A program made the position numbers and the translations under genes. The notes under the pieces are model-generated. The model did not search any database. It worked only from the letters and a program-made list of their open reading frames with translations, and was not told the DNA's origin. A stretch of 59,242 bases of DNA, filler included, from Bipalium vagum (taxonomy: Eukaryota): the NCBI GenBank assembly GCA_037834085.1. It is 3 parts of 3 records of this genome, joined end to end, with 100 filler letters (N's around TTAATTAATTAA, not from the genome) between each part and the next. Parts side by side here need not be neighbours in the genome. Positions count along the whole stretch, not along the records: positions 1 to 16,594 come from JBBMKC010103828.1; positions 16,695 to 38,287 come from JBBMKC010234932.1; 1 more part is not named here. The stretch is one strand, 5' to 3'. Shown in pieces: positions 13,231 through 25,147 of the stretch (its first letter is position 1; every line of letters starts with the position of its first letter).

Positions 13231-14526
13231 CTGCAGTAAATCATAATTACAGACATACGTATTGCAACAACACCTTACGTCTAAACATCTCAAAAGATAC
13301 GCTGCATATGTTGCTGCCTGAAATGGACATAAGGAAGCTGTGTTCACAGATGACATGAAACAATGACAGAATTAAGTGTTGTTAGTCTTGATGCTGGTGG
13401 AGGTTGCATTGAAAATAATAAATATTGACTTTCTACATATTTTATTACTGAAAGTTTAAATAAAATCGGTTTTATATTTATGGTTGAGCCTAAGTACAAT
13501 GGGTGCAATAAGTATGTAATAGTATTCTTGTTTTATTAGAAAAAAGTATTTTAGATTTTGTGTTTGCAGAGGCTAAATACAATATTTTCAAAAGGTTTTT
13601 CGAGGGGCTAAAATATAACTTTTTGAACCAATTTAACCAAAATCCCCATATGTGGTAGGAAATACCATCCTTAACGAGAGAAGATTAAAATCGTTTAGAC
13701 ATTTTATTTTGCTGAAATTTATAAAGCATGCAATGTTGAACATGAGTGTCAGAACTGAATGTTTGAACTTTACCAAAGTGAATTCCACTGCGACAATGAT
13801 AAAGGTCATATGATGCTTTTCCAATATTGATTTTTCATCACCAGAGGAATTTTCAATTATCATTTAATTCAAAACCACGAAGATCAATTTAAAAAAGTAA
13901 TCTTATGTCCCAAACGTAGTTCGAATTGAATATTTTAATATTATTAATCTTTAACTTTTAAAGAATATCATTTTCATTTTTTGATATTACAAATATTAAG
14001 GTGATGGTTATTATTTTTATATTATTTTTATTTTTTATATTATTTTTATTTTTTATATTATTTTTTTATTTTTTATTATTTTTATTAATTTGAAAAAATA
14101 TATTTAAATTAAGATTTATAAAAAGTTGACAATTTAAACAAATCAATAATAAAATAATTATTATTTGCTTGTATCGAATGCAAGCGAAAACAACGAAATT
14201 TAAGCCAGCGGACTCTGATAAAAACATTAATTTTCATTTTCAGCTAAAATTAAATCTTTCCATTCAACAATAATCTTTTATTCGAGAACTTTTGAACATA
14301 AATTGCTTAATTAAGCTTCAAAACTAAGGGATCAAACAATAAATTAATTAAATTCTCTACAGCAGATTTTTTTCTTTCTTTAAAATATTGATCTTTAAAA
14401 CTTCTTATATTTTAAATTTTCACAAATAAAATTAAGTTTTTTGACTGATTTCATTAATTTGTTTTAATTAAGTCAATAAGTATTTCAAAAGACATTGTTA
14501 CACATACAAATGTACATTATATTTTT

Positions 14527-14658
14527 NNNNNNNNNNNNNNNNNNNNNNNNNNNNNNNNNNNNNNNNNNNNNNNNNNNNNNNNNNNNNNNNNNNNNNNNNN
14601 NNNNNNNNNNNNNNNNNNNNNNNNNNNNNNNNNNNNNNNNNNNNNNNNNNNNNNNNNN
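14527..14658. other. Assembly gap followed by an (AAT)n tract
   Basis: N run, then AAT repeats to ~14716. Confidence 0.99.
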
Positions 14659-14678
14659 TTTTAATAATAATTTTAATT

Positions 14679-14713
<35 letters not shown>

Positions 14714-15262
14714 TAATACATTATTATCTTTTCAGAAAAAATATTTAATATTATTTGTATCAGGGATTATTTGCAAGAAAATTTATCAATTTTTTTATTA
14801 ATAATTAATAAAAAATTGTTCTCAGTTTCATACGGATTTCAAAAATATTAATATTAAAAAACTCTGAATAATTTTTCCCAGAATAATAAAAATAAAAAGA
14901 TTAAGTTTTCAGAAAAAGATTTTCTGAGGTTTAAAATTATTTTTCATAAATAATTAAAGGAAAAATCTTTCGAAATATTCAGAATTAAAATCAGAATACA
15001 TTTAGAATTAATTAATTAATTACTTAATGTTTAATTTTCTGAAATTTTTATGAATAAAAGTGAATATTTAATGACTTTAACAAAGAAATAATCACTGGAC
15101 AATTATACAGAAAGAATTCCCTAAAAAATTCGATTTATCGAATGCGGATCAGTTTTCATCATTTCAATTTCATCAATGAAATTTTTCAAAGAAAATTAGA
15201 ATTTTAAAAGAAGAGGTAAATATTAAATTTTGGTAGCATGAAAATGGAAATCAATTTATATA

Positions 15263-15649
15263 CAACGAAATCCGTTTAATATCACATCGGATAATATCAT
15301 GACTCGTTTAATATTATGATGCATTGAAAACCCAATTGCCAATCGGTATGTAATTTAATGTATTAATATTAAACTAGTTCATATCACATCGGTTAATGTC
15401 AAAAAACGAGATTCCACGAAAACACGCCAGTTAACATTTGGTACGTGGTTTCAAATATCTTATTAAAATTTAGTTGCTTTTAATATTTTTCTTCTCAGTA
15501 TCAGTTAATATAAAAAAAACACAACATCAACGTTATATAGGTTTTTATCGCGAAACACTATATTAACCGTTGTCCTGTTAATATCATGACCCGCTTATTA
15601 GCATTGTTTTCCGTGGAACGAATGACATGATATTAAGTGGGTTCAACTG
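15263..15649. mobile_element. Tigger/pogo-derived MITE (~390 bp)
   Basis: Imperfect TIRs CAACGAAATCCGTTTAATATCA / CAGTTGAACCCACTTAATATCA flanked by TA. Internal repeats of the TAATATCA(T/C) motif. No coding capacity. Confidence 0.7.
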
Positions 15650-16522
15650 TATTAGGATTTTATCTTGGAAATAAATTATGGAAGGATGTATTGTTCCTAC
15701 GTGAAGGTAATCGCCAAATTTTGTTTTAATCAATTTATTATTCAAAGAAAGAACCTGAACAAATCTGCTTATTGCCATGATTGACTTCTTACAGTAATAG
15801 AAAGTTTTATAAAATTATTTACCCAAAATCCGAGACCTTAAGTAAATCTTAAAGAATAAAGGTAAGTATAGTTGGAAATTGCAGAAAAGGTTTCTAAAAG
15901 ATTTTAAACAAGTCATAAAATTGGAACCCAGAGACCTTCAGAATTGTAATGAAAAAAATACTAATTAAGTATGTTACCTAACTGCTTTTTCTTGTGTTTT
16001 CGGTTATCTAATGAAAATGAAAGACTCTAAATAATTTTTCAAAAGGAAATTTGCTTTCACTTTGTGTGGATGTTTCTCAGACATACGCGTATTTTGCTTT
16101 TCAGAAATTGATAACGAATATGAGCTGGGTTTAGACCTTTGTGAAACAGTAAGAGAGTAACCACAGATTCGAAATACTGTTAAATGAGCTTGATCAAAAG
16201 GTCAAAGAGCACTAAGCTACATCAATAAGATTTGTGTAGAAATTAGTTTTTATTATTATTTAATCCAGTAATCCTACATCGAATCATATAATTGGTCAAA
16301 TTACTTTACCTAATTGATTTTTTAAAAAATTTTGTTTATTTATTATAATATCATACATTAATATTGATAAAGAAACACATAAAAAATTCTGGAAATCATT
16401 AGAGTAACAAAAACAATCAATTTAAAAAGTAACCTGGATTAAATACTTAAATTTAATTGGCTTTAAATTAAAACTGGAAATATAAGTAATAGTAAGTTAT
16501 ATTGTAATAGTAATATGTTAAA

Positions 16523-16594
16523 TATTGGGTTGTTCAAAAAGTCAGTGCGTTTTTTTAGTAGTTTTGATAATTTGAGATTTTTTACTTAATATAC
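16523..16594. mobile_element. Mariner TIR running into an assembly gap
   Basis: TATTGGGTTGTTCAAAAAGTCAGTGCG resembles the TIR at 40192. Confidence 0.6.
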
Positions 16595-16694
16595 NNNNNN
16601 NNNNNNNNNNNNNNNNNNNNNNNNNNNNNNNNNNNNNNTTAATTAATTAANNNNNNNNNNNNNNNNNNNNNNNNNNNNNNNNNNNNNNNNNNNN
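16595..16694. other. 100-nt scaffold spacer with artificial TTAATTAATTAA linker
   Basis: 44 N + TTAATTAATTAA + 44 N, identical in structure to 38288-38387. Confidence 0.97.
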
Positions 16695-17569
16695 TTTATA
16701 GTGGTAGTGTTCCAAACGTTCATCCGTAAATCCTTCTGAGAGTCTGAATTTTGTTAAGTGACCTAAAAGTCATAGCTCAGATCTTGTAAAATCATTCAAC
16801 CTTTTAGGAAAACTTAACACTTGGTTATATTTCCCCGGGAGGGGGTGTGTTGGGTAAACCCAACAATAATAATAAAAAATCTTATATATTTTCTTACAAA
16901 TATTTCAATTTTACATACATAACGAAAATGAATATCAATAACAATGACCTATTTCTATTAAAAATATTTGAGCATATTCTCAAGAATCTAAAATATTAAT
17001 ATTTTTAAAATTAAAACTTATATAATCATCTGAATAAATAATTTTATTTTTTGGATTTATTCATTTTATTTATTCATTTGGATATTTTATTTCTAATTCC
17101 TTTAAAAAAAGAATGGGAACAAAACCCAAATCCATTATGAAAATAGTTTTGATTGATTTATCAATTATCTTACATTTATAATGAGCAGCTCCACTCGTTT
17201 AGTTTCATTTAAAATGATTATCTCAAATTTTATCTTGATTTAATTTTTTATTACAATACACATTTATTTGAATTGTTAAGCTCGCCTAAAATCACTTTCC
17301 AAGAAGATTGGGGGAAAGTAGCATAAGGAGTGTCGGAAATAATAATAATAAAAATAATTAAAAATTAAAAATAATTTTAAAGTTTAAAACAATTTTTGGC
17401 GCACTGAATTTTTTGAGTGGTGGCTATATTGAGAAAGGTACTACCACTCAGGGAAAATCAAGATTATTTTTGGAAAATTTTTCAAATCGAGACCCCATTA
17501 TTTAACTAATGGGCACTTAGCAATCACATATTTAAAAGAAAACAAATTAGGAATATTTGCTTAGAAAAT

Positions 17570-17934
17570 TGTTAAAGTTATCGGAGTTAATTATTTGCGA
17601 GGAACTACGATTATAGAGAAGATCTATAATTATTTTTTTATTCACAGTACGTATATTTGATTCATTTCAAGGACAATCAACCGACCCAATGGAGTTCGGT
17701 TGTCTTTATATACGTCTAAACTGACGATCCAAGGGTTGATTGAATTCTCACGTTCTGATACAGATTTCTTACTTTGTTATTTATATTTCTTTTGTGTATC
17801 AATTCACATTTCATTGTTAACTGTTCGATATTTCATATTCATATTTTAACTCATTTATTCTTGAACTATCGATTCATTTTTATTGATCTTCATATTCTTT
17901 CTGCTTTTACATTTTATTCATCGATTATATAACA
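17570..17934 (+). mobile_element. Candidate LTR (TGTTA...TAACA) followed by PBS-like TTGG
   Basis: 5-bp terminal inverted repeat, internal TATA-like tract, T-rich 3' part, then TTGGT. No partner LTR seen. Confidence 0.3.
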
Positions 17935-18949
17935 TTGGTTACGAATTATGATTAATTCATTCAATATGAATAATGAAGATTTGGTGTTGGAATATTTGAC
18001 ATTCGTGTTAAACACTTTTTTATTGTTGAACTTATTATTTTTCTTTCATCATTAACACCAACCATTAGTGAGAGGAAGGATAACAAATTAGATCTTGAAT
18101 ACATATTACTACTACCTTAATAACAAAATTATTAAAACCTATCTTTTCTCTTTCAATGAAAAATATTATTAAATTAGTTATTACCTTTTCTCTATAAATT
18201 ACATAATAATAGGATTTAATCAATTTTTAATACCCGTTGAGCTCTTTTTTTGCACAAATACATTAAATGTCTCAAAATCTACATATAAAATACATGAAGT
18301 CTATTTCTATGGGACTCCAAGTGAAAAAGAAAAATCTGAATTCTAAAGTAATCAATAAATCAAAATGAAGTCAGTCTTGAATTCAGCTTACTGTGTATTT
18401 GAAAGCAATAATTAATTAATCTAAATAAAAATAGTCATTCATAATGTCGGAATAATACTAAAAACTAAAATTAATAAAATAATAACAATAAATAATGTAA
18501 AGCGATATTTAATTAAGTTTAGGAGTGAAAAGGAATCTATTCCCTTGTATAACAACCTCAAGATAAAGAAAAAATTTTGATTTCAGGAAACCATAAAAAA
18601 ATGAAATAATTTTAATATCACATATTAAAGTAGTACATCAACCACCAATGGTTCTCAACAATCTGTTCAATGTAAATAGGTGATAGTTATAAGTTAGACA
18701 TAATACTACAAAAATAATTTCTTTTTGTATAAGAAATTGTTATGTATCTTTTACTATATCGTTAATTTTTTATATTAAAATAATATTATTAAATACAAAC
18801 GTTGAAAAACAATTAAAAATTATATTTCAGTTAGAAAAGTCAGTTATTTCAGTTTTTTAAAGCTTCTCTCCGTTTTTCGTATTTTGCTTTATTTAAGTCC
18901 ATTGGATAGAATCACTGTCTTAAACCAATCATTGTCCTTAAAAAGAATT

Positions 18950-19090
18950 GGAAGGCTCTGGTGTATCACTCTAACAATATTATCCCTGTCTTTGACTTGT
19001 AGAAAAGATTTTAGTAAATAAGATGAGTACTACGTTTAGCTTTATAAATATTTGAATATGAGGTCTCACCCATACCTTTTTACGTAACCA
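18950..19090 (-). mobile_element. Possible CR1/L2-type LINE RT C-terminal fragment
   Basis: Minus-strand VWVRPHIQ resembles the LVRPHLEY motif. Short and degenerate. Confidence 0.25.
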
Positions 19091-20879
19091 ATTCATTTTG
19101 TTACTTATATATTTTTCTCAACATATGTTACGATTCTAAAAATTATATTATAATGCATTGACAGCTGTCGATTTTGAGGAAATAAGTCACATAAAATCCT
19201 TTTCGTGGATATTTCTAATCTTTGTAAATATCGTAAAAGATTATGAACTTTTTATGTATGAAGTGGTAGAGTTATAACAATCACAGTGCGAAACAAATAA
19301 TGGTACTTTATTATTAGGCTTTCTTTTTTATACTTTCTCTATTACACAAATCTAAGCACTTTAAATGTTAGAATGGTGTTCAACTTATCTGTAAATTTAG
19401 ATTCCACAATACCGCGAAAGAATCACTCTCATTAATTTAGTTTTACTGGTTCCTGACAGTCCTGTTCCTACCAATTTCCAAACATCATGACATTGTTCAT
19501 GTAGAATAAATTAAATAAACCCAAACCAGGAATATTTGACTTGCCAGAAATAAAAAGGTGGCTTACTACCAGCTCACGATTTAAGTCTGAAGATCCAAGA
19601 ATTCCAAATTCTTTTAAAGTTTTCTGCGCCGCCCATAAAACCCTCTAATCCATCAAATTCCCAATCCTTAATAATTCTACCTTGCGGAAATCATCACAAA
19701 TCTCATACAGCACACGTACCCAAAAGAAATCATACACATTCATGAATTTAGTCATCCGCGGAAATGGTACTACCTCTGCTACTACAGTCGACCGCTAATA
19801 TTTTAGTATGAAAAATTGGATAGGCAATTACGGTACTAGTGTCTCTAAGCAACGAAACAGTTTAACGTATTCATGATTCAGGACATCCCCCTCATAACAA
19901 ACTACAGCATGATGATGATATTTTTAAAGGCCTCCGAGTTCGAGATCCTTATTACCTTAAAATATTAAATCTAATGTACATCCAAATACATACAGTATTT
20001 GCTTATATTTCCACATATAAACGTGGAACCTACATAGTCAAGAATGTTTTATTAGCCACACATGTGATGAGCTATAAAAATACACAAAAATAACAAAGTT
20101 GCCCCACGTTCAGTATGAATGCTAGGAAACTGGTATTGTGGATTTATCTTTTTTCATAGATCTTGATGAACTCCTTGTGTGTGAATATTTCAAAGAAACC
20201 CTCAAAAATAAAGCATTTTTTATCTATCAAAGAGGATACATTTTAAATATCCATAAAATTATGTAGCGAAAATAATTAGCACTCCGTATAAATCTCAAAG
20301 ATCGAATTCCTATGAGATTAATGTTGCAAAAAAATAAATTCTAATAAAATATCAATTCATTAAGCATTATAATATACATATTGAATTAAAAAAATTATAT
20401 TAGCATATTTAAAACTATGGTGCAACTATTTACAATTATTTAAACAAATGGTATATTGCATTTTATTCATAGAATTACAGATATATGACATTTACATGTT
20501 GTGACTATAAAAAGTGATAAAATAATAATAACAATAATAATAAAAAATAGAATAATTAAGAAATTTTTTTTAATAATTAATGGATGGATTAAGAACCTGA
20601 ATAAATTTTATTTCGCTCGAAGAGGTCTTAAAATATTTATATCTCCCTTCTCAAAAAACATATTTTTTTCGACCAAGGTATATAAATAATTACTTTTACC
20701 TAAGTAGAATATAGTTGATTTATTACATGGTGGGTTTACTTAATAATCTGTTTTTTAGAATAGGATTAATATTCAGTTTTGGAAGCAAACTACCTGATTG
20801 GTCGAAATTCTATTAAAAAAAAAGCTTCAAAAAACCATGTACTTTGAAACCCTCAAACCTAATACAGTTCTCGTTATAA

Positions 20880-22380
20880 AAGATATAAAAGAAGCCGATT
20901 ATGAATCATTTACTAATCTTCAACACGAACAGGATGATATATATGAATATCGTTCACTATGAACCAGAAATCTTATCTCCTTCCTACTCCACAAAACTAG
21001 GATATCCTTATCATCTTCATCGGAATGCAGTCTTTGCAAATATAACCACATTTAAGCCTGATACCCAAATTACTGAACATGTTTTACTTGATATGCAGGT
21101 TTTGGGATATGATGAAAATGATATCTTGTCTCCCAGAAAACGTTTTAAATCTAATTTTGAACAAACAGGTACCACGGACCTCACTTTCCAAAACGGTTAA
21201 GACGAACCGGATGCGTGTAATTTTTTCCCGGATGCTTTAAAAGGAAAAATGTTAGTGGGAAACCAAGTTGAGTATCTTTTAACTCTATGTGGTGTTTAAA
21301 CAACCCACATTGCATGATACATCTATCTGCAGTTTATTCCACAGCTAAGAACCATGCTACATTTGAAAACCAATGCCACATTACGCTTATTACCCTTGAC
21401 CAATAGGCTTAATATCCCTGAAATGGCAACCACTACAAAACGCGGTCTCGAATGAAGACAGATGCAGTTTGTCAAACATGCACATGCTCCGGGAAATATG
21501 GTCAAATTTGAACTATCAGTAAGAGCCGACCTTAAATCTTTCAGCACTAATCCCCAGATACACCATCTTATCAGGTTGAGTCAAAAGTTATTCATGGTTT
21601 TACTTTTTTAAATTTCTTGTTTTACCATATCATTTAATAATAATATTTAATAATATATTTTTATATCATTTAAAAGCCCTTGATAAGGAAAATGTAGTTA
21701 CATTTTAAAATTTAAATTTATAAAATTCCATTCACTTATTTTTACAGTTAGAATGATTAAAGAAAAAGCATTAATACGGATCCTATTACGTCATTATTGG
21801 AAAAAAAAGTCTATCAGCTGCATTTGCGACTCGAGAAATTTGCAGTGAGGAAGGCAAGAATGTGCTCAAGGAAAATATGGCTCAGTAGTGCAGATACCGG
21901 TCTTTAAGATCAGGAACGTTCATGTCGACCATCGGTGGTGAACAAGGAAGAATTTTGTGCCCTAGTAGCGTAGCAGCCCTGTACAAGCACCTGAAGACTA
22001 ACAGAGGAGCTCAAGCATTCTCAAAGCACCATCTGCATAAAATGGGTTTTGCAAATAAAAACCCACTCCGAGTTCCACGTGAATCGATAACCAAAGACCC
22101 TATACTCCAATATCAACCATAGATAATCAAACGTACTTTCAATCTATATCCCCTCAGACTAAAGCTTCCACTCACCTACCCAAACGATATCGATGCTTCT
22201 CTTCCAATTTTCCAGGGCAAACCCATCAACAGAGAAGTTCAATTAAACCAATGTCCGGCTTTCCCGTCCAGCGTTATGTCTCCCGGTGGATCAAAATTGG
22301 ATATCATAGCGGTGATCGGTCGAACAAACCGAAATCGCCATAACCTTATTGTAGAGGGAGAAATGTGGAGATTCCATAAT
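20880..22380 (+). mobile_element. Probable LTR-retrotransposon remnant (gag-like region, PPT and 3' LTR start), interrupted by a mariner
   Basis: Coding-like composition. Degenerate zinc-knuckle-like NGNHYKTRSRMKTDAVCQTCTCSGKYGQI (~21420-21510). Polypurine tract AGAGGGAGAAA (22353-22363) directly followed by TG. Confidence 0.4.
21571..22085 (+). mobile_element. Mariner 5' part (TIR, HTH, to the WVPHEL region)
   Basis: TA-TCAGGTTGAGTCAAAAGTT TIR. MIKEKALIRILLRHYWKK..SAAFATREICSEEGKNVL and ...HLHKMGFANKNPLRVPRE. Confidence 0.8.
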
Positions 22381-23397
22381 TATCAAAAATGACATACTTT
22401 TTTATGAAATTGATAATAATTTCTTTGATCCTTTTTGTGCATAAAAAAAAATTATATTTATTTTTGATTAGTTATTGTAAAAAAAGAATCCCCCCAAATA
22501 TAAACGATAAAAATAATAATTATTATCATTATGAAAAAACATGTATATAAAAAATATATAAAAATATTACAAAAAATAAAATAATAAATAAGTAAAAATA
22601 ATTAAATTATTAATTAAGGAAAACAAACCTTACTATTTATAAAATTAATAATATAATTATAAGTACATTTAATTTAAAATTAGAAAGAAAAACAAAATCA
22701 AATAAGTCACGACAGTAACAGGCATTCACCAGAAACTTTAAATATATATACGAATAATTTTTCAGTAAAAATCAAACTTAAATGCTATGTGGTAAGAATT
22801 TGTTATTGTTATATTATTGAATACATTTTTATTTATTAGCAAGTATTCATTTTATTAAAATATAATTTTATTATTATCACATACCAACAGAATTGGCAAT
22901 TCTTTTGTGTTGCACAATTTTAATAATTAAGTCTTTAAAGTAAATGTTATGGCTTAACCCCAACATCAAATAAATTTTATTTTACTTCCTTCACTTCTGT
23001 AGCAGTTCTTTTTTTTTTTAGAAATTCACATATTAATAAGAATACTGAATTAAAATTCATTGAGGGCTTTTGAGATACTGATATTTATATCAGTACAAAA
23101 AGATTCTAAACTTTAATTAATTAAACTTTTGGGGAATTTTTTTAATAGGGTTGTTGCTACACCAATCACTCTTACTTGTAACTTACATTTATTTTGCACA
23201 TTTGTTATTCAAAATTAATATATTTGATTATATTTCATATAACACTTGAATCATTTTATTAACGAATAAAACCTACCGTTAAGCTCTTAACCTGCTACAC
23301 CTTTAATTAAGACACTTAACATAGATGTAAATATATAAATATGAATTTTGAAGTAATTTTACATATTTATAAGCAAAAAATAATGAGTTAACTCTTA

Positions 23398-25147
23398 TCA
23401 TATATAAAAATTTAAGTTTTTAAGTTTGTTTGTAAGTTTCAAGACGGCTAGTAAAGTGTGAATCTTCTAGAAATTGAAATCGGTATTTGTACCCATTCGA
23501 TTTGATAGAACAAATTCTTCGGGATTTCCCATTTTCTTAATTTATATTATAGAGGTTTTGAAATTTTTAGTTGTTAAATTTGTAAATTTAGATGCGATCT
23601 GAAAAAAGAGCATTTAAAGAAATCTAACATTTTTCCAAATCAATGTAAAGTTTGATTGTGAAAGTTTAACATTTCAATTCAATATTAATAAATAACCTCA
23701 GATTATAAATTTATTTTTCATAATCAGTTATCAAAATTAGTTTAAACATATTGAAAAATTTTTAATAAATTGTGTTTTGTTGCTATTTCCTTTAAAACTA
23801 GTCTGTCATTATCCAATGATTATTATGGATATAAAAAATTAAAATTATGATTACGCTACTAATTTAATCAATTAGGTTCATTATGTTAACTTGTCTGTTG
23901 ACGCTTTTATGAAATTAAATAGGATGGCCTGTTAGGTTTAATTAGTAAATTTTATATAGATAATTCAAATAGTTAAGATGATGAAGGAAACTCTTTACTT
24001 CATTCTGCTGTAAAAAATTTTAAACCTATAACCTTTTCAAACACGAGAGATACCAAAGAAGCTGTGAATTCAGAGAATAAGCAAGGAAAGACTACTTTAT
24101 TAGGTGCAATCATTATTTTTATCAAAAATCATTTCATATTTACCAGAATGGCAATTGTGATCTTAATTCGATTTGAGACCGTTTTAATGGAAATCGATCA
24201 TATTTCAAAATTACAGTAAAGTTTGGTTGAAATTTTAACATTTCATTTCAATATTAATATATAGGGTGGCGCATTTAAAAAGTTCGAAAGTAATGATTGA
24301 TAACTTCATTCCAATGCATGCATATTTGTTTTAATGTTTCATTTTGTTCTAAGTACAGTGTGGAAATTTAAATCATTATAATTATGGATCTAGAAATCAA
24401 AATTAAAATAATTAAATTGTTTTATGAATGTATGGTGTGTAGTATCGTCTAAGTGTGTCATTGGTCATTATTTCTTCGAAATTCAAGGCAAAAGTGCAAA
24501 TGTCACTGTCGAGAGTTATTTGGAGATGTTACAACAGTTTTTTGTGCCAGAATTGCGTCGGCGTCGTATATCTATTCGTTCGACATGGTTTCAACAAGAT
24601 AGAGCAACACCGCACATCAAAAAGATCACCAAGAAATACTTGAGGACGATTTTCTCTAATCGCATCCTCTCACGGAATGCCAATTAAAGATGGCCCACCC
24701 CAGATCACCAGACCTGATAGACCCAGATTTCTTATTGCAAGGACAAGATCAATCAAACCAACCCGCAAAATATCAGACTTAAAAGATGCTATCAGATATG
24801 CAATCCGCAAGATTCCAAAAGAAATATTCACATCAGTAATAATTACCTTTTCGGCAATATGCAGAACTTGCATAAATCATCTCAATGGAGGCCATCTTAC
24901 CAATATTATACTCAAATAGCTAAATATTGCATAAATCTCCATATTTTAATGATCATGTTTAATAAATAAAAATAAAATACTCATGTTTTTTTCCAAAGCT
25001 TTGATTTTTTTACTTTCGAACGTTTTAAATGCGCCACCCTATATAACCTCAAATTATTACTTCCTTTTCTGTAAATTTTTATTTCTATTGATCAATCATA
25101 AGTAAATTATATTATTGAAATACCAATGCACGCTATGTATAAACTAA
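23398..25147 (+). mobile_element. Candidate non-autonomous Helitron containing a nested Tc1/mariner element
   Basis: A|TCATATATAAAAA...GTTTGTTTGT 5' end. 3' end ...ATGCACGCTATGTATAAACTAA|T fits CTRR. Internal ~60-bp direct duplication. The subterminal hairpin is weak. Confidence 0.5.
24262..25041 (+). mobile_element. Internally deleted DD41D-like (rosa/Visitor-type) Tc1/mariner element
   Basis: TIRs TAGGGTGGCGCATTTAAAA...TTCGAAAGTA at both ends with TA TSD. Transposase remnants VWCVVSSKCVIGHYFFE, WFQQDRATPH, RILSRNAN, PRSPDL, NGGHL. The HTH and first-D region are deleted. Confidence 0.92.

Noticed and set aside
16639-16650. Palindromic TTAATTAATTAA inside N runs (also 38332-38343)
   Set aside because: Identical 44N+12+44N structure twice, with stops in all six frames. 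It is an assembly linker, not biology.
17741-17770. CTGACGA as a hammerhead core (also CTGAAGA at 34741 and a reverse CTGACGA at ~30370)
   Set aside because: No stem II followed by GAAA, and no closing stems.
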